From a virus (Duplodnaviria > Caudoviricetes), in IMG/VR virus record IMGVR_UViG_3300046779_001841, positions 160,001 through 224,000 of that record: DNA of 64,000 bases. One strand, written 5' to 3'. The notes under the pieces are model-generated. The model saw only the letters and a list, made by a program, of their open reading frames with translations. It made no database searches and was not told the DNA's origin. The translations under genes were made by a program, and so were the position numbers. Of the stretch, positions 19,727 to 27,746 are shown one piece after another; within the stretch, counting starts at the first letter, position 1, and the number at the start of each line of letters is the position of its first letter.

Positions 19727-20881
19727 TTAAAACATTTGAGCAATAGCTTTAGCTAATGGTGGTGGAACTGCATTTCCTATTTGTCTATACATAGAATTTA
19801 AAGATCCTGTAAAAATAAAGTCGATTGGGAAACCTTGTAGTATTGCACACTCTCTTACAGATAATCGTCTTTGTTTATTTGGATGGATTTCTGGAATTGA
19901 TGCAGTAATTGTATCACTTGGTGTTTCCCAATTACACACTCTTAACATTTGATCAAATGTTATTTTTCTTTCTTCAAATGTTAGCATTACTTTATCATAA
20001 GTATCATCTAAATTTAATATTTGTTTTAAAGCTAACCAATCTTCTCTATTTGGCAAACTACCATAATCATCTTTTCTAAACCAATGTTCTGCAGTATGTG
20101 TATATCCTAAAATCTCATTTATTTTTTTCATACTCTTAGTTTTATATTTATCTAAATATACTGCGATCTCTTTTTGACAAACATCATATTTTCTTTTCAT
20201 AAAAGTATCTTCAACATTCGTACTCGCAACATGATTATATATCATTTGACCATTATGTTCAAATGGCAAATCTCTTGTTCTTACACCAGCTAAAAATCCT
20301 ATCGCTTCTTTTGTTGTGATATGAAGTTGTTGTGAAAATAAAGAATATTCAGATTGATGTGTTGGTATAGGAAAAGAAACAGGTTTATTTATATTATTGC
20401 CAATAATGATAACTCTTTCTCTATTTTGTGGTACACCATAATCACTGGCTTTTACTAATTTGTAATTTACATTATATCCAATATCTTTAAAATCTTTAAG
20501 AATGTTTTCAAAGATTTTACCACCACTTAAAGACAAAATACCTTTAACATTTTCTGCCACAAAATATTTAGGTTGCTTATCTTTTATTATTCTAAGCATT
20601 TCTTTATACAAGAAATTTCTTTTATCCATTTCATTTCTATTTGCATTAGATATACTGAAACCTTGACAAGGAAAACCACCCACTACTATATCTATATCAT
20701 TTGGCAAATCTTCCGATTTAACTTGTTGTATATCTTGAAGAAGAGTATGTTTGCCAATATTCAATTCATAAGTGTTTAGTGCATCTTTGTAGAAATCCAA
20801 AGCTAAAACAATTTCATGTCCTGCTTGAATGAAACCTAAATCAAAACCACCACATCCAGAAAATAAACTCAAAACTTTCAT
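19727..20881 (-). CDS. C5-cytosine DNA methyltransferase (orphan)
   Basis: Motifs I (LFSGCGG), IV (GGFPCQGFS), VI (ENVKG), VIII (PQNRER), IX (RRLSVRECAILQGFP) and X (YRQIGNAVPP) in canonical order. No adjacent endonuclease. Confidence 0.97.
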   Translation of the reverse strand: MKVLSLFSGCGGFDLGFIQAGHEIVLALDFYKDALNTYELNIGKHTLLQDIQQVKSEDLPNDIDIVVGGFPCQGFSISNANRNEMDKRNFLYKEMLRIIKDKQPKYFVAENVKGILSLSGGKIFENILKDFKDIGYNVNYKLVKASDYGVPQNRERVIIIGNNINKPVSFPIPTHQSEYSLFSQQLHITTKEAIGFLAGVRTRDLPFEHNGQMIYNHVASTNVEDTFMKRKYDVCQKEIAVYLDKYKTKSMKKINEILGYTHTAEHWFRKDDYGSLPNREDWLALKQILNLDDTYDKVMLTFEERKITFDQMLRVCNWETPSDTITASIPEIHPNKQRRLSVRECAILQGFPIDFIFTGSLNSMYRQIGNAVPPPLAKAIAQMF

Positions 20882-21718
20882 TTATAGTGCAGACCATTTT
20901 TCTTCATTGTTAGGTGCATTATCTACTATTGTTGGATATGCACTTTGTTGTGTGGAAATTCTAGGATTATTGAAATCTCTACTCATACTAGAATCTAAGT
21001 TTGGATATATTATATTATCTATGTTATTTACAATAAAACTTAAATGATGACTTTCTGAATATGATTCACTATCAAATAAAAGACTTGGTACAACTCCTCC
21101 GACTGCACCTAATAATATCTCATCTCTCTCTTTCACTAATTGTTCTCTTAGATCGCAAAGTTTTATTATTCTTGCTTCAAGATCGTTTCTCAATTCTTTG
21201 ATTTCTTGTGGCAACCATCTCTTTGCAGATTCTATCGCATCACTAATCTCTTTACCAAAATCATAGATATTCAAATTCTTTCCAAATTTTCTTGGTGGAA
21301 ATTTCCATAATGGCAACCAACCACCAGTGCTTAAAACTCCTGTTTGTGGATTCTTATCTGGTAGTGGTGCAATCACACCAGTGTATGGTTGTGTTTCAAT
21401 GATTTGTTCTTCTGCATAGTAATATGAATCAGGTTTTAAGAACATAGATATATCAAAAGGATTGCCACCTTGTACAACATAAGCAATAATAAGTTTATGC
21501 AAACTCGAACCTTTATTGACTTCAAATCCTAATCTCTTTTCAGTCATTTTACTTGTAGCAGTATCTTGTTGAAAAGTTATCCGAACATATCCAATTTGTG
21601 AAAGTTCATTGTTAATCACTTTTAATCGTGCTTCTACATTTCTTCTTTGATTTAAAGCAAAGTTTCTAAATTCATACCATGAACCTTCTCTAAAATATAC
21701 ACACCATGCGAATGACAT
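20882..21718 (-). CDS. Hypothetical protein
   Basis: 278-aa ORF with coiled-coil stretches, tightly packed with its neighbours. Confidence 0.55.
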   Translation of the reverse strand: MSFAWCVYFREGSWYEFRNFALNQRRNVEARLKVINNELSQIGYVRITFQQDTATSKMTEKRLGFEVNKGSSLHKLIIAYVVQGGNPFDISMFLKPDSYYYAEEQIIETQPYTGVIAPLPDKNPQTGVLSTGGWLPLWKFPPRKFGKNLNIYDFGKEISDAIESAKRWLPQEIKELRNDLEARIIKLCDLREQLVKERDEILLGAVGGVVPSLLFDSESYSESHHLSFIVNNIDNIIYPNLDSSMSRDFNNPRISTQQSAYPTIVDNAPNNEEKWSAL

Positions 21719-21720
21719 TT

Positions 21721-24201
21721 TTATCCTCCAAAGATTGCAGAGAAAAGATCAATAATGATTTGTGGTGGTCCAGGTATCACTACACATTGACCCATACCTA
21801 AAGATGGTGCTTCTGGCTTTTTAGTTGAAGATAGAAAATCAGACAATACACCATCTGTACCTTGTGAAGTAACAAATAACATTCCAACAGTCGCACCTAA
21901 ATCCAAAGTGAAATTTAAGATCGCATCAATAAATGCTTTTAGTTTCGCAATTATTCTCTGGATCTCTTGGATTCTCTTTTGAAGAACTTCTATGAAATCT
22001 TTAATTGCTCTTATTAAACCTTCTAAACCTAATGTTAAGTTTTCTACAAAAGCAACAATTTCATTTAGGTATGCAGTGAAATCTGGAAAACCATCTATAA
22101 AGAATTTTACATTATACCAAGCACCTGTTTCATTTAAGACTTTCTGTGGTAATGCACTTAACATTCTTCTTGCATTTGTTATCATGTCTTGATTTACAAG
22201 ATCATACATAATAGACAATTTAGAAATCGTCTTGACCTGTTCTTTATCTGATACTCCAAGTTTCTTTTCTGTATATGCAGTTGGAAATACAGGTTCTATT
22301 CTTCTTTCAAGACCTGATGTTAAATATAAAAGTGTATTTCCTGCAGTTCTTGATCGTGATACTTTATTTGCACTTATTGCAAGATCAAAAGATGAATCGC
22401 CAAAACTACCAAAATTATTTACATTCGCATGAACACCATACATACTATCTTCATTTAAGAAATCATAAAAACTTTTCTTTTCAATATTACCATCCACTAC
22501 CACTTCTATTCTTTTTTGACTAAGATATTCAATCGTGTCTTTTAAAGCATCTAATTGTGACAAGGTAGGAAAAGGTATACGATTTATAATATTCTGAATG
22601 ACTGCTAAAACATCACTTCTAAAATCACTCGCATCTTGATCAAATTTAACTAAACTTGTTGCGGATGCTGAACGATTTGCATAAGCCATAAGATTAAATC
22701 TTACTTGTGATGGCAAATTGAAAAAGTAAAACTTATCAGAACCATATAGAAAGGGTTTGGCAAATTCTGCACTTGAAACACCAGGTTGTTGACCATTTAG
22801 ATAATTCTTTTCGTTTAGATAATCGCCTAATATAAAAATTGCTAATGCTTCTTTTAAAGCATTGATATAATCCACTCGATCATATTTAGGCATCTTTATA
22901 CCAGATCGTGATGGTGTTATAGATACTGTATCTGTTGTTAAACCAAAAGACACTACACTATTCCATGTATATAAACTTTTATTCTCTACTACATCACCAT
23001 CAGATAAACCTAAATCTTTACTTAAAGATAAGACTTCTATATATAAATCTTCTGCATCACTTTCTGTTACTTTATCTAAGATAGTGATACCATTTGTGGT
23101 ATCACCATCCACTTCGTAAGGCTGACTAGAATATGTGATCTTTTTTGGTAGTTGATCTAATGGTATTGTCAAGCTATATGAATTACCTGTTAAGAAAGCA
23201 CCTAGTGCAAATGGATTATAATAAAATGTTTTATTTGTTTTTTCTACAAGTGCTTGTGTTAAGACTACTTTGTCATCTTTAAAAAAGTATTGATAGTTTG
23301 ATGGATTGCCTTCAAGAATGATTGCATCCATATTATCTGCATAAGGCAATACTCTATTACTTTGAATGAGATTTGGACTGCCATACAATGTAAAAGATTT
23401 ATTATTTACAGATACTGATTTATATAAAGTACTCGCTATTTCTCTGGCAAGTTCAATATTGGTAGATGTTTGTGCAGATTTAGTTCTTCTTAATAAACCT
23501 ACTTGCACTGGCATTGTTGTTATGTTTATTAAGAAAGCATCGGGTGGTACAACAAAAGAAGGAAAGAAACTATCTTGACTATTTGCAGGTGGTGATAATT
23601 CCCAAGTGATTTTTAAACCTTCAGGTGCTTTCATTTTTGAATTATTAAAAGGTATTCCAAACTTAGTAACAAGAGTAGCATTTACACCAGAAGGCACTGG
23701 CAATCCAGTGTCTTGTAAAATACCAGTGAATAACTTTCTTAATTGTATAAATGCACGGATTACTGCGAAGATACCTTCTGTGTTTGCACCTGCAAATTGA
23801 AATATAGCAAGAACTGCACTATCTTTACTAATAACAGGTCGTGTTGTATCTGCAGGGTTTGTAAATTTATTTACCATTCTTTGTTCAAATGCAGAATACC
23901 CACCTGCAAATACTTTATAACCATCATCAAAAACTTTAGGTATCAAATCAAGATCTGTAGTTAGATAGATACCTAAATTTTGAAAATCGGAAATAAGATT
24001 TTTAATGAGTGCAATAAGTTCTTTTAAAAGTAAAAGCAATGGATTACTAAAATCAATAAGAAATGCTTTAACAAATTCCAGAACATTGTTTAAAAAAGTT
24101 AAGAAGATATTAAGAGTAGCAAAGATGTTATCTACTATAGGTCTTACATTTTCAAAAATGTCTGGAATTTTAGGTGTTTTGACAACTGACCATTCTGCCA
24201 T
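21721..24201 (-). CDS. Hypothetical protein with N- and C-terminal amphipathic helical domains (possibly virion)
   Basis: 826 aa. Long Leu/Ile/Phe amphipathic helices at both ends, beta-rich centre. Confidence 0.55.
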   Translation of the reverse strand: MAEWSVVKTPKIPDIFENVRPIVDNIFATLNIFLTFLNNVLEFVKAFLIDFSNPLLLLLKELIALIKNLISDFQNLGIYLTTDLDLIPKVFDDGYKVFAGGYSAFEQRMVNKFTNPADTTRPVISKDSAVLAIFQFAGANTEGIFAVIRAFIQLRKLFTGILQDTGLPVPSGVNATLVTKFGIPFNNSKMKAPEGLKITWELSPPANSQDSFFPSFVVPPDAFLINITTMPVQVGLLRRTKSAQTSTNIELAREIASTLYKSVSVNNKSFTLYGSPNLIQSNRVLPYADNMDAIILEGNPSNYQYFFKDDKVVLTQALVEKTNKTFYYNPFALGAFLTGNSYSLTIPLDQLPKKITYSSQPYEVDGDTTNGITILDKVTESDAEDLYIEVLSLSKDLGLSDGDVVENKSLYTWNSVVSFGLTTDTVSITPSRSGIKMPKYDRVDYINALKEALAIFILGDYLNEKNYLNGQQPGVSSAEFAKPFLYGSDKFYFFNLPSQVRFNLMAYANRSASATSLVKFDQDASDFRSDVLAVIQNIINRIPFPTLSQLDALKDTIEYLSQKRIEVVVDGNIEKKSFYDFLNEDSMYGVHANVNNFGSFGDSSFDLAISANKVSRSRTAGNTLLYLTSGLERRIEPVFPTAYTEKKLGVSDKEQVKTISKLSIMYDLVNQDMITNARRMLSALPQKVLNETGAWYNVKFFIDGFPDFTAYLNEIVAFVENLTLGLEGLIRAIKDFIEVLQKRIQEIQRIIAKLKAFIDAILNFTLDLGATVGMLFVTSQGTDGVLSDFLSSTKKPEAPSLGMGQCVVIPGPPQIIIDLFSAIFGG

Positions 24202-24387
24202 TTATTTTTTCTCTCTTTGATTTCTTTTTTGTGCTTCTAATCTTTCCAATTCCATTTGTGCTTTACTCAATTCTATTAAGTCTTTATCAAGCATCGATTG
24301 AAACATTTGCTTCAAGTTTTCTAATTGGTCTGTAAAAGATTTAACTTTTTCTTGATCTGGATTGATCTTGTTTTTCCATTCTGCCAT
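24202..24387 (-). CDS. Small coiled-coil hypothetical protein
   Basis: 61 aa, abuts the next gene, begins MAEW as does 21721-24201. Confidence 0.45.
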   Translation of the reverse strand: MAEWKNKINPDQEKVKSFTDQLENLKQMFQSMLDKDLIELSKAQMELERLEAQKRNQREKK

Positions 24388-24440
24388 ATTGCACCATACT
24401 TTTTTAAAAGAAGAAAAAATTATAAATAATATACAATCTA

Positions 24441-24487
24441 TTGCAAAGATTGCTCAATAACAAGTGTTATAAGTATGTCAATAATGA
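24441..24487 (+). promoter_or_regulatory. Conserved phage promoter-like motif, copy 4
   Basis: Plus strand TTGCAAAGATTGC-tcaataa-CAAGTGTTATA-agt-ATGTCAATAATGA, followed by AAAAAGGA RBS and ATG at 24510. Confidence 0.7.
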
Positions 24488-24509
24488 CATACTCAAAAAG
24501 GAACTCAAA

Positions 24510-25118
24510 ATGAGATCAATTCTACTTTTTCTTTTTCTCTTCTCTTTCTCTAACACTGCTTTTGCTCAAAATAAAATCCAGTCAATAGATATTCTATATA
24601 CTATGATGGAAATGCTTGATGAAGAAAATGCAAATGTTGGGAATGATGAAATATGTAGATTAAGTCAATTATCAAATACCATTTATGAGTATAGTGTAGA
24701 AAACAAATATTTTACACAAGAACAAAGTGTAGAACATTTACTGGCATTAGCTTGGAATGAAACAAGATTTAGTTTTGAAACAGATCATATCACTTCAAAT
24801 TATTATGGTCATGCTTGTGGTTACTATCAACAAACAGATGCTTTCTCTATCAATAAATATGATTGTAGAGAATTGCTTTATCCAAACAATGCAACACAAG
24901 AAGCACTTGATCAAATGCAATCTATTAAAGAAAGATGGAATGGTAAATTAGATCAAACCATTTGTCATTATTTTAGTGGTAATAGATGTGGAGATAAAGC
25001 TAGTCAAAAATATGCCAGTAATCATAAAAATGCAAGACTTAAAGCTAAAGAATATTTAAAGAAATCTAAAAACCAAGACCACTCAAATGTTAAAAAAGTG
25101 ATTGCTACTTGTCTTTAA
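24510..25118 (+). CDS. Secreted lytic transglycosylase / lysozyme-like protein
   Basis: Likely true start is ATG 24510 (RBS AAAGGA). Signal peptide MRSILLFLFLFSFSNTAFA. LALAWNETRF (putative catalytic Glu), ACGYYQ, ICHYFSG and KYA match the SLT-like pattern. Confidence 0.65.
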   Translation: MRSILLFLFLFSFSNTAFAQNKIQSIDILYTMMEMLDEENANVGNDEICRLSQLSNTIYEYSVENKYFTQEQSVEHLLALAWNETRFSFETDHITSNYYGHACGYYQQTDAFSINKYDCRELLYPNNATQEALDQMQSIKERWNGKLDQTICHYFSGNRCGDKASQKYASNHKNARLKAKEYLKKSKNQDHSNVKKVIATCL

Positions 25119-25131
25119 GGAGTATAAATAA

Positions 25132-25752
25132 ATGAAACATACTGTAATAGACATTCTTTTTACAATTCTAGGTTTCCTAACTGACCTTGAACTTGGTGGT
25201 AGTTCAAGAATGGAGTATATTGAAAAGAAATATGATATTTGTGTATTACATAAATTTGCAAATATTCTTCAATCTACATCACATTTAGAAGGCAAGGGCG
25301 ATGAAGATATTGAAAATTTATTATCTGTTCTCTCTAATAAAGATATAGAACATTTATACAAGTATCCCAAATATCCAACATTAGGTTGTGGTGTATTTGG
25401 GACATCACCTAAACTTTCTTTAATGAAGTTAAGTTGCGATCAATTACAAGACACTATCTTTGCAACAAGAGAAGCATTAGTGAGATTTAGTCTTATTAAA
25501 AAAAAATTCTTTGAAAAGAATTTTTATGATAATAAAGGAAATATAAACGAAGATAAACAAGTTGAACTATCTGTAATTTGGATGATGGGAAGTGGCTGTA
25601 AGAAATCAAGTAAATCTTGTGATAGAGAAAGAAGATATATTAAGAAAAAAATAAGATATATAAAATCTGTATCTCATTCAAAGATTTCATCATCACAGGA
25701 ATATAAAAAAATTCATGATTGGATAAAAAACAAAATATCAAAATGTCTTTAA
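25132..25752 (+). CDS. Degenerate paralogue of the upstream SLT-like protein
   Basis: IENLLSVLSNKD aligns with VEHLLALAWNET, GCGVFG with ACGYYQ, CDQL....ATREAL with CREL....ATQEAL, GSGC with SGNRC. Confidence 0.5.
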   Translation: MKHTVIDILFTILGFLTDLELGGSSRMEYIEKKYDICVLHKFANILQSTSHLEGKGDEDIENLLSVLSNKDIEHLYKYPKYPTLGCGVFGTSPKLSLMKLSCDQLQDTIFATREALVRFSLIKKKFFEKNFYDNKGNINEDKQVELSVIWMMGSGCKKSSKSCDRERRYIKKKIRYIKSVSHSKISSSQEYKKIHDWIKNKISKCL

Positions 25753-25787
25753 TATAAGAAGAAAGAAAAACAAAGGAGTATAAATAA

Positions 25788-25955
25788 ATGAATTGCACTA
25801 TCTGTGGTAGGAAATTTCAAGAACTACCAAATGCTATTAAATGGTCTGAAAGAGATGGTGGTGCTTGTGAACCTTGTGTTCATAGACTTAGAAAAACATT
25901 TGGTAAATACCATGAACAATTTATTCCACATAAACCAAAGAAAGATCGAAAATGA
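25788..25955 (+). CDS. Small CxxC...CxxC zinc-finger protein (55 aa, below ORF-track cutoff)
   Basis: AAGGAG RBS. Translates as MNCTICGRKFQELPNAIKWSERDGGACEPCVHRLRKTFGKYHEQFIPHKPKKDRK*. Stop overlaps the primase start (ATGA). Confidence 0.7.
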   Translation: MNCTICGRKFQELPNAIKWSERDGGACEPCVHRLRKTFGKYHEQFIPHKPKKDRK

Positions 25956-26629
25956 ATTGGTTAAACGATTTTATTCCTATACTACCTTTGAGTATAGAAC
26001 ACCAACTTTATTTAAAGAAAAGAGGTGTAGATGATAACTCGAATGTTATGTTTAAAACTTTTGATATTGTTAATTTTAATATTCCTTGTGATAGGTTCAA
26101 ATCCAATTTTGGCAAATCTGGAGAAAAATTAAAAGATTGTCTGATTATTCCAGCTACTTGTCCTCGTGGTGATATTTATGGTTTTGAAGCTAGATCTTGG
26201 GATGCTAATGGCAATAAAAGAGTTTTCAAATATATGCTTGATCGCAGTCAATGGTTACCATCATTATTAAATGCACATGAAGTTGCAGAAGCATTATGGT
26301 CTAATGGTGATGTTTATTTTGTTGAAGGTGTTTTTGATATGGTTGCACTTAAAAAAGTCATTACATATCCAAATGCAGTAGGTTGCACTATGAGAGCAGG
26401 TGTAGATGATTTAACAATTAATCTTATCCAAAGATTTGCAAACAAGATCAGTACAATTTACATGGCTTATGATAATGATGCGACTGGAAAAATGAAATCC
26501 AATGAAGCTATTTTCAAGTTTAAGAAATTAGGTATTCGTGCAGTCGAATCTAAATATCGTGGTAAAGATCCTAATGATTTATGGACACAACAAGGTGAAG
26601 CGGGTCTTAAAAAATATTTTTTATTTTAG
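25952..26629 (+). CDS. DNA primase catalytic/TOPRIM subunit (no Zn-binding domain)
   Basis: GDIYGFEARS, FVEGVFD, MAYDND.TG and GKDPND are DnaG-type motifs. No N-terminal CHC2 finger. Confidence 0.85.
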   Translation: MNWLNDFIPILPLSIEHQLYLKKRGVDDNSNVMFKTFDIVNFNIPCDRFKSNFGKSGEKLKDCLIIPATCPRGDIYGFEARSWDANGNKRVFKYMLDRSQWLPSLLNAHEVAEALWSNGDVYFVEGVFDMVALKKVITYPNAVGCTMRAGVDDLTINLIQRFANKISTIYMAYDNDATGKMKSNEAIFKFKKLGIRAVESKYRGKDPNDLWTQQGEAGLKKYFLF

Positions 26630-26696
26630 CGAAAAAATTTGTTCAGATAATATAAGCATATATGAGATCCACACACACTTTTTAAAAGGAAAAACT

Positions 26697-27746
26697 ATGG
26701 AAATTCATTTTCATGTTAAACCAAACAGACAACATCTCAGATCATTGATCAATTTGTCTAAAAAGAATAAAACAACAAGAGCAATCAAATTTGAATGTTT
26801 TGATAACACCATTAAAGCCACTGCTACAAATAATGATTTCATGTTATCATGCTTACTAGAAGGTTCTATTTATGAAGATGGTGAAGTCTTTTTACCTACC
26901 GAATCTTTAGATAAAGTGATGAAATCATCTACAATTATCTTAAGAGATACTTCTATTACACATGGTGAAGAACCTGAAGGTCTTTTTTCTCAAGGTGATA
27001 CTGAAACACTTAATTTCACTGAAACACCATTTATCCTAGATGATGATACTTTTGAAACATTTTCTGGTAAAAAGATTACACAAGCACAAGCTATTGAACT
27101 TGGATATGCACTTAAAAATGCAGTAAGGTTCTTATCTAAAGAAGAAGGCAAAAACAAAACCACTGGTGTTTATTATGATCATTTAAATCGTAATGTTGTT
27201 TCTACAGATGGGACTAAACTCTTTACTCAAAAAATCTCATTTGATTTTTTAAATGCTAAAGCACTTATACCTGCAGATGCTATTCCTATTCTTGTTGATA
27301 ATCTTATCAATGCGAATGCGAATGTTAAAGACAATCATTTGAATATTCAAAATGCTACTACAAGATATTCAATTTTATTGATCAATGATGTATTTCCTAA
27401 TTATCAAGTGATTATGCCAAAAGATACTGATTTGGAAAAAATCAATATCTCTGCAAGAGGTAAACAAGCATTGTATGAAAGTGAAAAAGTCATTGATACA
27501 CCTATTATGAAAATAGATGTAGATGAAAGATCAACACTAAGATTGACCAATACAGAAAGTCAGTATGTTTGGCAAGAAAATGAATTTCAAGGTAAAGAAC
27601 GATCTGTTACTTTTAATATTAACAATCTCACTCAAGTTCTTGCATTGACTGAAAACATTTATTGCAATCCTAAAAATTTCTCATCCGCACCATTCTTATT
27701 TACCAAAGATAGTGTTAAAATTTTATTGATGCCTACTAAGGTTTAA
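26697..27746 (+). CDS. dnaN: DNA polymerase sliding clamp (beta-clamp-like)
   Basis: Likely start is ATG 26697 (RBS AAAGGA). ATNND, VSTDGTKL, LIDxVFPNYQVIMP-like and VTFNINNL repeats match the three-domain DnaN pattern, ending LLMP. Confidence 0.8.
   Translation: MEIHFHVKPNRQHLRSLINLSKKNKTTRAIKFECFDNTIKATATNNDFMLSCLLEGSIYEDGEVFLPTESLDKVMKSSTIILRDTSITHGEEPEGLFSQGDTETLNFTETPFILDDDTFETFSGKKITQAQAIELGYALKNAVRFLSKEEGKNKTTGVYYDHLNRNVVSTDGTKLFTQKISFDFLNAKALIPADAIPILVDNLINANANVKDNHLNIQNATTRYSILLINDVFPNYQVIMPKDTDLEKINISARGKQALYESEKVIDTPIMKIDVDERSTLRLTNTESQYVWQENEFQGKERSVTFNINNLTQVLALTENIYCNPKNFSSAPFLFTKDSVKILLMPTKV

Noticed and set aside
19727-21718. MTase plus neighbour as a type II restriction-modification pair
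   Set aside because: The 278-aa neighbour shows no PD-(D/E)xK, HNH or GIY-YIG motif that I can see.
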